DNA from: an uncultured Thermus sp.
GTDB taxonomy: Bacteria; Deinococcota; Deinococci; Deinococcales; Thermaceae
Length of the DNA: 64,000 nt
Assembly: GCA_947085095.1 (NCBI GenBank)
Contig: CAMTVD010000014.1
Span: 32,001-96,000, forward strand
Direction: 5' to 3'
Position numbers and translations under genes: made by a program. The notes beneath the pieces are model-generated. The model saw nothing but the letters and a program-made list of their open reading frames with translations, was not told the DNA's origin and ran no database searches. This document shows, in pieces, positions 32,461 through 41,536 of the stretch. How positions within the stretch are numbered: the stretch's first letter is position 1; each line of letters begins with the position of its first letter.

Positions 32461-32811
32461 CTATTGTACCGGGGTCACGGCCGCCTCGTCCTCCTCCCCG
32501 GTACGGATGCGGTAGACCTTCTCCACGGGGATGACGAAGACCTTCCCGTCCCCCACCTCCCCGGTGCGGGCCGCCTCTAGGATGGCCTCCACCGTGGGCT
32601 TGACGAAGGGCTCGGAGACCCCGATCTCCAGGCGCACCTTCTCGTGGAGCTCCATCTTCACCGTGGTGCCCCGGTAGGTCTCCACCTTTGCCGTCTCCCC
32701 ACCGTGCCCCTGGACCCGGCTTAGGGTGAGCCCGCGCACCTCCGCCTTGAAAAGGGCCTCCAGCACCTCGTTGAGCTTTTCCGGACGGATGATGGCCACC
32801 ACCAGTTTCAT
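32461..32811 (-). CDS. glnK: P-II family nitrogen regulator
   Basis: AIIRPEKL, ETYRG and ARTGEVGDGKVF. Coupled to amtB. Confidence 0.93.
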   Translation of the reverse strand: MKLVVAIIRPEKLNEVLEALFKAEVRGLTLSRVQGHGGETAKVETYRGTTVKMELHEKVRLEIGVSEPFVKPTVEAILEAARTGEVGDGKVFVIPVEKVYRIRTGEEDEAAVTPVQ

Positions 32812-34145
32812 GCTTTACCTCCCGCAGGCTTGGGGGTGGAGGGCAGGCCTTCCGAGAGCACCAGGATGGCCCCTTCCCCGCTGGCGTAAGCCTCTTCGCC
32901 GTGCTGGGCCACGTCCAGCCCCACACCCTCCTCCTTGGGGGCTGCCCGCAAGGGGGTGAGAAGCCCCACCAGCTTGAGGAGGAGGAAGGTGCCCAGGGCG
33001 GAGTAGAGGATGGCCGCGCCCACCGCCACCGCCTGGACGAAGAGCTGCCCCGGGTTGCCGAAGAGGAGGCCGTCCGCCTCCCCGTTCCAGGCCTTTTCCG
33101 CCAGGAGGCCGGTGAGGAGGGCCCCGGTGATCCCCGCCAGGCCGTGGGCCCCGAAGACGTCCAGGGAGTCGTCCAGCCGGGTCCTGGGGCGGTAGAGGAG
33201 GAAGAAGTAGCTGGGGAAGGCGCTGAGGCCGCCCAGAACCAAGGCCGCAAGCGGGGAGACAAAGCCCGCGGCCGGGGTGATGGCCACCAGGCCTACGATG
33301 ATGGCCGTGGCCGCACCCACCGCCGTGGCCTTGCCGGTGCGCAGGAGGTCCAGGAGGACCCAGACCACCATGGTGGCCACCGGGGCCAGGAGGGTGTTGA
33401 CGAAGGCCAAGGCGGCGATCTCATTGGCGGCCAGGGCGCTCCCCCCGTTGAAGCCAAACCAGCCGAACCAGAGGAGGGCGGCCCCCAGCAGGGTGAAGGG
33501 GACGTTGTGGGGCAGGATGGCCTGGCGGCCGTAGTCCTTCCTGGGGCCCAGGACCAGGGCCGCCACCAGAGCGGCGATGCCGGCGTTGATGTGGACCACT
33601 GTGCCGCCCGCGAAATCCAAGGCCCCCAGCTGGCCCAAGAACCCCCCGCCCCAGACCCAGTGGGCGATGGGGGCGTAGACCAAAAGCCCCCAAAGGGTGA
33701 GGAAGGCCAGGTAGGCGGGGAAGCGCATCCGCTCCGCGATGGCCCCCGAGATCAGGGCGGCGGTGAGAATGGCGAAGGTGCCCTGGAAGGCCATGAAGAG
33801 CAGGTGGGGGATGCTCCCCTTGGCCTCGAGGCCCACGCCCAAAAGCAGGGCGTGGCCCAGCCCCCCCAGCCAGGCGCTCCCCTCGGCGAAGGCCAGGCTG
33901 TACCCCAGAAGGGCCCAGCCCACCCCCACGAAGGCCAGGGCGGAGAAGCTCATCATCATGGCGTTCAAGGCGTTCTTGCCCCGCACCAGCCCCCCGTAGA
34001 AGAAGGCCAGGGCGGGGGTCATGAGGAAGACGAGGGCGGTGGAGACCAGGATCCAAGCGGTATCTGCCCCGTTTATCCCTTCCGCCAAAGCCATACCGGA
34101 GAGTCCTACTGCCGCTATGCCGTTTAGGGTTTTCCGCTGCCGCAT
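32808..34145 (-). CDS. amtB: Ammonium transporter
   Basis: Motifs FFYGG, DFAGGTVVH, WFGWFGFNGGS and DDSLDVFGAHG. Confidence 0.97.
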   Translation of the reverse strand: MRQRKTLNGIAAVGLSGMALAEGINGADTAWILVSTALVFLMTPALAFFYGGLVRGKNALNAMMMSFSALAFVGVGWALLGYSLAFAEGSAWLGGLGHALLLGVGLEAKGSIPHLLFMAFQGTFAILTAALISGAIAERMRFPAYLAFLTLWGLLVYAPIAHWVWGGGFLGQLGALDFAGGTVVHINAGIAALVAALVLGPRKDYGRQAILPHNVPFTLLGAALLWFGWFGFNGGSALAANEIAALAFVNTLLAPVATMVVWVLLDLLRTGKATAVGAATAIIVGLVAITPAAGFVSPLAALVLGGLSAFPSYFFLLYRPRTRLDDSLDVFGAHGLAGITGALLTGLLAEKAWNGEADGLLFGNPGQLFVQAVAVGAAILYSALGTFLLLKLVGLLTPLRAAPKEEGVGLDVAQHGEEAYASGEGAILVLSEGLPSTPKPAGGKA

Positions 34146-34164
34146 AACCACCCCCTTGGGGGAT

Positions 34165-34194
34165 AGGGTAGGGCAGGGGTGTGTAAAATGTCAA
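34165..34194 (-). promoter_or_regulatory. Sigma70-type promoter of amtB-glnK
   Basis: TTGACA-N18-TACCCT on the minus strand. Confidence 0.7.
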
Positions 34195-34196
34195 GT

Positions 34197-34255
34197 ATAA
34201 AATCGCCACTAGGCGAATACTATGCTTACATATAGCTCATAAAGTGGCGTTTTAT
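34197..34255. repeat. Imperfect inverted repeat in the AT-rich amtB upstream region (candidate operator)
   Basis: ATAAAATCGCCACT (34197-34210) and AGTGGCGTTTTAT (34243-34255), differing by one indel. Confidence 0.55.
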
Positions 34256-34361
34256 CTACATGGCGTCAAGCAAAACATTGACATATGACCACCTATATCG
34301 GAACAACACGTTGCCAGATTGGGAGGTCCTGAGGCCTCCGGGTTTCCGTAAACTGGAGGCC

Positions 34362-35900
34362 GTGACGTGGGAGGAGCTGAAGGAACGCTTGGCCCGGGGC
34401 CAGGATGAGCGCACCCTCTTCCTGCCCCCAGACCTTTCCCCCGAGGAACTGGCCCGCCACGCCGCGGGCCTGGCCAACCACCAGGGGGGGACCCTCTTCC
34501 TGGGGGTGAGCCGGGAGGGGAGGGTGCTGGGGGCCTCGGAGATTCATCCCCTGCAGATCACCCACGCCCTCTTCGGGCTCACCCAGGGCCTCCTCCTGCC
34601 CTACGTGGAGGTGGTGGAGGGGCCGGAGGGGCGGGTCATCGCCCTGCACGTGCCCCAAAGCCCGGCGGCCATCGCCGTGGGGGCGGGCCGGGTGCCCTTT
34701 TGGGACGGGAGGCGCCTCACGGAGCTCAAGATGGGCCAGCCCCTGCCCGAGCCCGACTTCACCGCCCAGGTCCTCCCCCCTGCCAGCCTCTCTGACCTGG
34801 ACCCGCTGGAGGTGCTGAGGCTGAGGCGCATTTTGGAGGAACGGGGAAGCAACCTGGCAGCCCTGCCCGACCTGGAACTCCTCTTCGCCCTGGGTCTTCT
34901 GGAGCGGCTGGGCGGGGAGGAGCGGCCCACGGTGGCCGGGCTTCTCCTGGCGGGAACCCCCCTTGCCCTGCGCCGCCTTTTGCCCCAGGCGGAGGTGAGC
35001 TACTACTACCACGAGGGCGAGGAGGGGTACCGCTTCCGCGAGGACATCCTGAGGCCCATCCCCGCCCTCTTGGAGAGGCTTCGGGACCTGATCCAGGCCC
35101 GGAACCGGGTGCGCTACCTCACCGTGGGGCTATTCCGCCTCGAGGTCTGGGACTACGACCAGGAGGTCTACCGGGAGGCCCTCCTGAACGCCCTGGTCCA
35201 CCGGGACTGGCAGAGCCAGGACGCCATCCAGGTGCACCACTACCGGGACCGCCTGGAGGTATCCAACCCTGGGGGCTTCCCTCCGGGCATCACCCCGGAG
35301 AACGTCCTCCGCCACCCCCCTAAGAGGCGGAACCCCCGGCTGGCCGAGGCCCTCTACCGCCTGGGCTACGTGGAGCGGGCGGGGAGCGGGGTGGACAAGA
35401 TGTACCGCCTCCTCCTCAAGCACGGCAAGGAGCCCCCGGAGTACCGCCTCTACCCCGAGGCCCTCACCCTGGTCCTCTACAACCCCGAGCTGGACGAGGC
35501 CTTCGTGCGGGACTTGGCCGAGGCCCAGGAGCGCTTCGGGGCTTTCAGCCTGGACCACCTCATCGCCGTGGCCCACCTGCGACGGGTGGGGGAGGCGGGC
35601 CTGGGGGAGCTCTCCCGGGTCCTCCAGCTCCCCGAGGAGGCCAGCAAAAGGGTGCTCTCCCGCATGGAGCGCATGGGGCTCCTGCGCCGGGAACGGGGGG
35701 TGTACCGCCTGGTGGGGCGGGACCCTCTGGGGGACAAACTTCTTGCCCATCTGGACCGCCCCCTTTCCCGGCGGGAGGTGGAGGCGCTTTTGGGGGTTTC
35801 CTCCAGGTCGGCCTTGGCCCTCCTGAAGCGCTTGCGCCTCGAGGGCCGCCTGGAGCGGGTGGGCCGGGGCTCGGCCACCCGCTACCGCAGGCGGGGGTGA
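34362..35900 (+). CDS. AlbA_2/Schlafen-like + HATPase-like (RecG C-terminal-type) + wHTH protein, putative regulator
   Basis: LANHQGGTLFLGV, REALLNALVHRD, SNPGG, RNPRLA and ERAGSG, with C-terminal HTHs. GTG lies 7 nt after TAAACT. Confidence 0.8.
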   Translation: MTWEELKERLARGQDERTLFLPPDLSPEELARHAAGLANHQGGTLFLGVSREGRVLGASEIHPLQITHALFGLTQGLLLPYVEVVEGPEGRVIALHVPQSPAAIAVGAGRVPFWDGRRLTELKMGQPLPEPDFTAQVLPPASLSDLDPLEVLRLRRILEERGSNLAALPDLELLFALGLLERLGGEERPTVAGLLLAGTPLALRRLLPQAEVSYYYHEGEEGYRFREDILRPIPALLERLRDLIQARNRVRYLTVGLFRLEVWDYDQEVYREALLNALVHRDWQSQDAIQVHHYRDRLEVSNPGGFPPGITPENVLRHPPKRRNPRLAEALYRLGYVERAGSGVDKMYRLLLKHGKEPPEYRLYPEALTLVLYNPELDEAFVRDLAEAQERFGAFSLDHLIAVAHLRRVGEAGLGELSRVLQLPEEASKRVLSRMERMGLLRRERGVYRLVGRDPLGDKLLAHLDRPLSRREVEALLGVSSRSALALLKRLRLEGRLERVGRGSATRYRRRG

Positions 35901-35903
35901 GGG

Positions 35904-36383
35904 GTGGTCCACCTGGCCCTCTACCAGCCGGAGATCCCCCAGAACGCGGGCAACATCGCCCGCACCGCCGCCGCCCTTGGCTACCCCTTGCACCTCATCC
36001 GCCCCCTGGGCTTCCGCCTTTCTCACCCCAGGTTGAAGCGGGCGGGCCTGGACTACTGGCCCCACGTGGACCTGAGGATTCACGACACCTGGGAGGCTTT
36101 CCTGGCGGGGCTTCCCCCGGGGGTACGGGTCTTGGCCTTCAGCGCCAGGGGAGAGAGGAGCCTCTACGACTTCCGCTTCCAGGAGGGGGACTACCTCCTC
36201 TTCGGTCCCGAGACCCGGGGGCTTCCCCCAGAAATCCTCGCCCGCTTCCCCAGCCTCCACATCCCCATGCCCGGGCCCGTGCGCTCCCTAAACCTGGCGG
36301 TGGCCGTGGGGGTGGCCGCCTACGAGGCTTACCGCCAGCTCGGGGCAAGGCCAAGTCTCCCTTTCGGGAACGGGGCATCATAG
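35904..36383 (+). CDS. trmL: tRNA (cytidine34-2'-O)-methyltransferase
   Basis: Motifs PEIPQNAGNI, RAGLDYW, FGPETRGLP and RSLNLA. Confidence 0.93.
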   Translation: MVHLALYQPEIPQNAGNIARTAAALGYPLHLIRPLGFRLSHPRLKRAGLDYWPHVDLRIHDTWEAFLAGLPPGVRVLAFSARGERSLYDFRFQEGDYLLFGPETRGLPPEILARFPSLHIPMPGPVRSLNLAVAVGVAAYEAYRQLGARPSLPFGNGAS

Positions 36384-36387
36384 AAGG

Positions 36388-37269
36388 GTGCGGGCCTACT
36401 CCACCGCCCACCTGGTCTTGGACCTGCCCCCGGGCCACCCCTTCCCCCTCTACAAGTACCAGGGGGTGGCGGAGGCCCTGAAGGGGCTTCTCCCCGTCCT
36501 CCCGGCTCCCGAGGTGCCCAAGGAGGCCCTATTTTTGGCCCACGACGCCCGCTACCTGGAAAGGCTCTTCCGCGAAGGGCTTTCCCGGCAGGAGTCCCTG
36601 AGGCTGGGCCTCCCCTATAGCCCAAGCCTTCTCCGGCGGGCCCTGCATGCGGCGGGGGGGACCCTTTTGGCGGCGGCGGACGCCCTGAGGACGGGCCTGG
36701 GCCTCAACCTGGCCGGGGGGACCCACCACGCCTTCCCTGACCGGGCCGAGGGGTACAGCCTCTTCAACGACGTGGCCGTGGCCGTGGCCTGGCTTAGGAA
36801 GGGAGGGTTTTCCGGAAGGGTCCTGGTGGTGGACCTGGACGCCCACCAGGGGAACGGCACCGCCGTCTTTTTCCAGAACGACCCCACGGTCTACACCCTT
36901 TCCCTCCACGGGGAGCGCAACTATCCCCTGAAGAAGGAAAGGAGCGACCTGGACGTGGGCCTGCCCGATGGGGTGGGGGACGAGGCCTACCTGAGGGCCT
37001 TAGATATGGCCCTGGAGAAGGCCTGGGACTTCCGCCCCACCTTGGTCTTCTACAACGCCGGGGTGGACGTGCTGAAGGGGGACCGCTTTGGGAGGCTGGC
37101 CCTTTCCCTCGAGGGGGTGAGGCGGCGGGACGGGAGGGTCTTCCGTTTCGCCAAGGCCCTGGGGACGCCCCTGGTGGTGGTCATGGGCGGGGGGTACAAC
37201 CGCGACCCCCGCCTCACCGTGGAGGCCCACGCCGCCACCTACCGCCTGGCCCTGAGCTCCTTGGCGTAG
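36388..37269 (+). CDS. Histone deacetylase family protein
   Basis: Motifs GHPFP, GGTHHA, FNDVA, DLDAHQGNGT, AGVD and MGGGY. Confidence 0.93.
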   Translation: MRAYSTAHLVLDLPPGHPFPLYKYQGVAEALKGLLPVLPAPEVPKEALFLAHDARYLERLFREGLSRQESLRLGLPYSPSLLRRALHAAGGTLLAAADALRTGLGLNLAGGTHHAFPDRAEGYSLFNDVAVAVAWLRKGGFSGRVLVVDLDAHQGNGTAVFFQNDPTVYTLSLHGERNYPLKKERSDLDVGLPDGVGDEAYLRALDMALEKAWDFRPTLVFYNAGVDVLKGDRFGRLALSLEGVRRRDGRVFRFAKALGTPLVVVMGGGYNRDPRLTVEAHAATYRLALSSLA

Positions 37270-38093
37270 GTGGCCACCGCCTCCTCCAGGCTGAAGCCCA
37301 GGCTCCGGTAAAGCTCCAGGGCCCCGGTCTCGTGGTCGTGGGCCCGGACCCGGAGGAGCTTGGCCCCTTTCTTCTCCGCGAGCCTGGCCGCCTCGGCCAG
37401 GAGGGCCCGGCCGATGCCCTGGCCCCGGGCCTTGGGAACGACCCCGATGTAGGCCACGCTGGCCTCCCCTTCCTCCAGCTCCACCTCGGCCATGCCCACG
37501 GGCTCCTCCCCCTGGTAGGCCACCAGGAGGTGGACGCTGGGGTGGGCGAAGTGCTCCTCCAGCTCCTCATCCGTCCAGCGGAGCCTGAGGGCCCAAGCCT
37601 CCTCGCTTTCCCGGTAGAGTTCCCGGTAGACCTGGGCCCCGGGGAAGCCCTTCTGGATGAGGATCCCCTTAGGGGGAGGGTAGTCCAACCCCTCTGGGTC
37701 TTTTACGAAGAAGTAGGTGGTGTGGAGGAGGCCGTAACCTCCTTCCTCCAGGACCTGACGCAGGAGGCGGTTCTCCTCCCGGGGAAAGGCGTAAAGCCTT
37801 TCCACGCCAAGCTCCCTGGCCCGGGCCTCGGCGGCCTTGAGGAGGGCGGGGAGGTCCTCCTTCTGGTAGGCCAAGGGCCCCTCCAGGGCCGCCCCATCCC
37901 AGAAGGGGTAGAGGCCCACGTACCCCTCCACCTCTCCTTCCCGCTCCAGCACCAGGCCGTCCTCCAGCTCCTCGGCCAGGCCCTCGAGGTCCCGGGCCTC
38001 CGGGGCCAGGACCCCCCGCTCGGGGCTTGCGTCCATGTGGCGGAGGAGCTTGAGGAGCCCCGGAAGGTCTTTCCTGGCCACGGGCCGAATCAT
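37239..38093 (-). CDS. Tandem-domain GNAT N-acetyltransferase
   Basis: Acetyl-CoA motif GVVPKARGQGIGRALL and ALELYRSLGF. Confidence 0.88.
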   Translation of the reverse strand: MIRPVARKDLPGLLKLLRHMDASPERGVLAPEARDLEGLAEELEDGLVLEREGEVEGYVGLYPFWDGAALEGPLAYQKEDLPALLKAAEARARELGVERLYAFPREENRLLRQVLEEGGYGLLHTTYFFVKDPEGLDYPPPKGILIQKGFPGAQVYRELYRESEEAWALRLRWTDEELEEHFAHPSVHLLVAYQGEEPVGMAEVELEEGEASVAYIGVVPKARGQGIGRALLAEAARLAEKKGAKLLRVRAHDHETGALELYRSLGFSLEEAVATYAKELRARR

Positions 38094-38102
38094 GCCCTCA
38101 GT

Positions 38103-38753
38103 TTACCCCCCTAGCCAGGGACAGGTGTCCAGGTTCAGGGCCTTGACCACCCCCTCCTTCCCGTAAAAGTCCACCACGGAAAGCCGGGCGTAGTCCTGCT
38201 CCAGCCTCAGGCCTTCCTCTTTGGGCAGGGGGAGGGCCAGGCTCAGGGCGGCCCGGTTCACCGTGCAGTTGCCGATGACGAGAAAGGCCTGGCCCTGGTG
38301 CCTCTCCAAGAGCCTCCGTACCGCCTCCTTTCCCCTTTCCCAGGCCTCCTTTAGGCTCTCCCCCCCGGGCGGGGCGAAGCCCGCCTCGTCCTGAAGCCAG
38401 GCCGCCACCCTTTCGGGGAAGAGGGCCTCCACCTGGGCGAAGCTTTTCCCCTCCCAGGCTCCCCAGCTCCGCTCCCTGAGCTCGGGCAGAAGGGTGTGGG
38501 GCACGCCCAGGGCCTCGGCGAGGAGCCCCGCCGCCTCCCTTTCCGCCAGGCTGTCCGCTGCGTAGACCCAGGCCACGGGGTAGCGCCTTAGGAGGGGAAG
38601 GAGGCGCAGTAGAGCCTCTTTCCCTTCCCGGGCCAAGGGCAGGCCGGGGTGGCTGTAGAGGAGGTGGTGGGGGTTTTCCACCGGTCCCGCCCGGGTGAGG
38701 AGGAGGGTGGTCTTGGGGTGGGGTCCTTGGAGGAAGTGCGCGAGGAGGCCCAT
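38103..38753 (-). CDS. Histidine phosphatase (PGM) family protein with degenerate catalytic motifs
   Basis: LRERSWGAWEG and PPGGES are retained. The RHG motif appears as RAG. Confidence 0.8.
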   Translation of the reverse strand: MGLLAHFLQGPHPKTTLLLTRAGPVENPHHLLYSHPGLPLAREGKEALLRLLPLLRRYPVAWVYAADSLAEREAAGLLAEALGVPHTLLPELRERSWGAWEGKSFAQVEALFPERVAAWLQDEAGFAPPGGESLKEAWERGKEAVRRLLERHQGQAFLVIGNCTVNRAALSLALPLPKEEGLRLEQDYARLSVVDFYGKEGVVKALNLDTCPWLGG

Positions 38754-38770
38754 ACCCCTAGAATAGGGGG
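38754..38770. promoter_or_regulatory. Bidirectional promoter with overlapping -10 boxes
   Basis: TAGAAT (+, 38759-38764) and TATTCT (-, 38765-38760), each 6 nt from a start codon. Confidence 0.65.
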
Positions 38771-39688
38771 GTGGAAAGATGGGTCATCGTCAACCCCGCG
38801 GCGGGCCGGGGCAAGGTGGGCAGGCTCTCCGGGGCCATCCTGCAGGCGGCCCGGGAAAGGGGGGCAAGAGCCTTCCTCACCGAAGGCCCAGGCCACGCCA
38901 CGGAACTGGCCCGCCTGGCTCCCGAGGGGGCCCGGGTGGTGGCCGTGGGAGGGGACGGCACGGTGCACGAGGTCCTAAAGGGGCTTGCCGGGACGGGGAA
39001 GGTCCTGGGGGTGGTGCCCATCGGCAGCGGCAACGACTTCGCCCGCATGCTGGGGCTAAGGGGTCTTCCCTGGCGGGAGGCTCTGGAGCACGCCCTCTTG
39101 GCCCCTGAGGAGGCCATAGATCTGGGTCTGGTGAACGAGGAGGCCTTCGGGGCCTCCCTGGGGATCGGGTTTGACGCCCTGGTGGCCAAAAAGGCCTTTT
39201 CCGCTCCCCCCTTCCTCCGGGGGATGCCCCGCTACCTCTACGCCCTCTTCGGCGTCCTCAAGGACCTGCGCCTGCCCCAAGGCCGGGTTCTCCTGGACAG
39301 GAAGGAGGTCCACCGAGGAAAGATGCTCCTCCTCGCCGCCATGAACGGGCCCGCCTACGGCGGGGGCATCCCCATCGCCCCCATGGCCGACCCCAGGGAC
39401 GGCCTCCTCTCCCTGGTCCTGGCCCGGGAACTTTCCCGCCTGGGGGTGGTCCTCATCCTGCCCCGGCTCCTTTTGGGCAGGCACCTGGGCCACCCCCAGG
39501 TCCTGGCCCTGGCTGGGCGGGAGGTGGTGGTGGAGTTCGCCCACCCGGTGCCCGCCCATGCGGACGGGGAGCTATTGCCGGAGTCCGCCATCTATCGGGC
39601 GGAGGTGCGGCCCCTGGGGCTTAGGGTGGTGGGAAGGCGGGCCCTGGCCAGGGAGGAAAGGCCCGCCGCAAAGCCCGCGCCCGCCTAA
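38771..39688 (+). CDS. Diacylglycerol/lipid kinase family protein
   Basis: Motifs VNPAAG, GGDGTVHEV, PIGSGNDFAR, YGGG and DGE. Confidence 0.92.
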   Translation: MERWVIVNPAAGRGKVGRLSGAILQAARERGARAFLTEGPGHATELARLAPEGARVVAVGGDGTVHEVLKGLAGTGKVLGVVPIGSGNDFARMLGLRGLPWREALEHALLAPEEAIDLGLVNEEAFGASLGIGFDALVAKKAFSAPPFLRGMPRYLYALFGVLKDLRLPQGRVLLDRKEVHRGKMLLLAAMNGPAYGGGIPIAPMADPRDGLLSLVLARELSRLGVVLILPRLLLGRHLGHPQVLALAGREVVVEFAHPVPAHADGELLPESAIYRAEVRPLGLRVVGRRALAREERPAAKPAPA

Positions 39689-39700
39689 GGGGCCGGGGGA

Positions 39701-40447
39701 TCACGGCCTCGTGGGGAGGGGTAGGTCTTGGGCGCCACCCTCCCGCAACAGGACCAGGTGGTCCTTGAGCCTCACCTCCCCCAGGCCGTGCTTGGCCACC
39801 AGGGCCTCGAGGTCCCGCCTGCGCTCCTCCAGGTTGGCCCCGTAACTCTGGTTCTCCCCGTGGACCCGCACCCCCACGTTGGGCCCGGGGAGGTAATGGA
39901 AGGAAAGCCCCACCCGGTAGGCCCTGAGCCACAGGTCCCAGTCCCAGTAATGCCCCATGCCGGGGTCCAGCCCTCCCAGGTCGGCCAGGGCCTTCCGGGG
40001 GAGGGCTGTGCCCGAGGCCAGGAGGCGGTTGTCCCTGAAAAGCCAGGGCCCCACGGGGCCCGGCTCGTAGGGGATGGCCTCCTCGGGGGTAAAGAAGAGG
40101 CCCCCGGAGTAGGCCACGCCCCCTTTCCCCTTGAGGGCCCGGGCCACCCGGTAGAGGTAGGCGGGGTCCAGGAGGAGGTCGTCGTCGTCCAAAAAGAGGA
40201 CGAGATCCCCCTGGGCCACCTCCAGAGCCCGTAGCCTGGCCGCCACCTGCCCCCTTCCCCCGGACCAGACCCCCTTGAGGCGGGGATCTCCCAGGGCTTC
40301 CACCACCCCAAGACCCTCCCCCTCCCCGTCCTCGGCCACCACCGCCTCAAACCCCGGGTAGGTCTGGCGGAGGAGGCTTAGGAGGGCTGCCCTGAGAAAG
40401 AGGGGACGGCCTCGGGTGGGGAGGATCACGCTAACGGTGGGCCACAT
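39701..40447 (-). CDS. Glycosyltransferase family 2
   Basis: VSVILPT, FLDDDD and DWDLWLR. Confidence 0.88.
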   Translation of the reverse strand: MWPTVSVILPTRGRPLFLRAALLSLLRQTYPGFEAVVAEDGEGEGLGVVEALGDPRLKGVWSGGRGQVAARLRALEVAQGDLVLFLDDDDLLLDPAYLYRVARALKGKGGVAYSGGLFFTPEEAIPYEPGPVGPWLFRDNRLLASGTALPRKALADLGGLDPGMGHYWDWDLWLRAYRVGLSFHYLPGPNVGVRVHGENQSYGANLEERRRDLEALVAKHGLGEVRLKDHLVLLREGGAQDLPLPTRP

Positions 40448-41165
40448 CCCGGTAGCTGGGGGAAAGCCGGCCCTCGTCCGTGAGGTCCAGGCGCAGGGGG
40501 GTGAGGCTCACGAAGCCCCGCTCCACCGCCCAGCGGTCCGTGCCCTCCTCGGCGCCGGTGAGGGGCCTGGCGGCGAACCAGTAGACCTTCCGCCCCATGG
40601 GGTCCTCCTCGGGGACCACCAGCCCCTCGTAGTGGCGGACGGACTGCCGGGTCCAGAGCATCCCCTTGGGGCTTAGGGGGAGGTTCACGTTGACCAGGAA
40701 GGGGGCCTCGAGGCTGAGGAGGACCTCCAGCACATCCTCAATCCAGGGGATCAGGGCTGGGAAGTCGGGCTCCGCCCCGTTCATGGGCACGCTGAAGGCG
40801 GCGGCGGAGGTCCCCAGGAGGAAGCCCTGCTTGGCGGCGGCCACCGTCCCCGAGTGCCAGATCTCGTTCCCCAGGTTGCTTCCCAGGTTGACCCCCGAGA
40901 GGACCAGGTCCACGGGGCCCAGGAGGTGGAGGCCCAGGGCCACGCAGTCCGCCGGGGTGCCCCGCACCCGGTAGGCGGGAAAGGGGGCGGGGTGGGGGTG
41001 GGCCCTTAGGGGATGGGCGATGGAGATGGCGTGCCCGGCCCCGCTCTGCTCCGCGTCGGGGGCGCTCACCACCACCTCGCCGAAGCGGCTCGCCGCCTCC
41101 GCCAGGGCCCAAAGGCCCGGGCTGTAGATGCCGTCGTCGTTGCTGACCAGGATTCTTAGCCCCAT
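40431..41165 (-). CDS. surE: 5'/3'-nucleotidase SurE
   Basis: Motifs [24 protein letters not shown] and SGTVAAA. Confidence 0.95.
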   Translation of the reverse strand: MGLRILVSNDDGIYSPGLWALAEAASRFGEVVVSAPDAEQSGAGHAISIAHPLRAHPHPAPFPAYRVRGTPADCVALGLHLLGPVDLVLSGVNLGSNLGNEIWHSGTVAAAKQGFLLGTSAAAFSVPMNGAEPDFPALIPWIEDVLEVLLSLEAPFLVNVNLPLSPKGMLWTRQSVRHYEGLVVPEEDPMGRKVYWFAARPLTGAEEGTDRWAVERGFVSLTPLRLDLTDEGRLSPSYRDVAHR

Positions 41166-41258
41166 ACCCCCAGGCTATGGGGCCTTGGTCAGAGCCCGGT
41201 CAAGAAAGGCCTCCAGCCAGCGGAGGGAGGGGCTGGGGTCCCCCCTCAGCTCCAGGAG

Positions 41259-41483
41259 GTGAGAAACCCCAACCTCACCACCGCCATCCAGCAGCTCGCC
41301 ACCTCCAAGGTGAACACGGTCTCCGCGGGGTGCCTCATGGGAAGCTTCCCGGAGATCCGCCAGTACGTGGCCGCCGCCTGGGAGCAGGTCCTCCAGGGCA
41401 GGCCTGCCAGGGAGGCCCTGGCCGAGGCCAAGGCCCGGGCGGACCAGGCCCTGGCCCGCTACAACGCCAGCGTGGGGCGTTAG
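41259..41483 (+). pseudogene. C-terminal remnant of an ABC solute-binding protein (UgpB-like)
   Basis: NPNLTTAIQQL...FPEIRQYV..AWEQVLQG..A.EAL..A...A..AL.RYN resembles SBP family-1 C-termini. No signal peptide or partner genes are present. Confidence 0.55.
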
Positions 41484-41536
41484 CCCCCTGGGCCTGGGGT
41501 CCCGGGAAGGCCCCCGGGGCCCCGTATACTTAGGCC

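Noticed and set aside
32457..32480. CIRCE operator near hrcA
   Set aside because: No TTAGCACTC-N9-GAGTGCTAA was seen here or noticed elsewhere in the window.
34181..34320. GlnR/TnrA (TGTNA-N7-TNACA), NtcA or NrpR boxes upstream of amtB
   Set aside because: Only partial half-sites were found, none with the right spacing.
34260..34361. N-terminal extension of the AlbA_2 protein from ATG 34260, and similar ORF-track extensions of pheT, leuS, lspA, rpmB, tgt, acyl-CoA dehydrogenase and trxB
   Set aside because: The extensions cross promoter regions or other genes. Downstream starts have an RBS or -10 support and match family N-termini.
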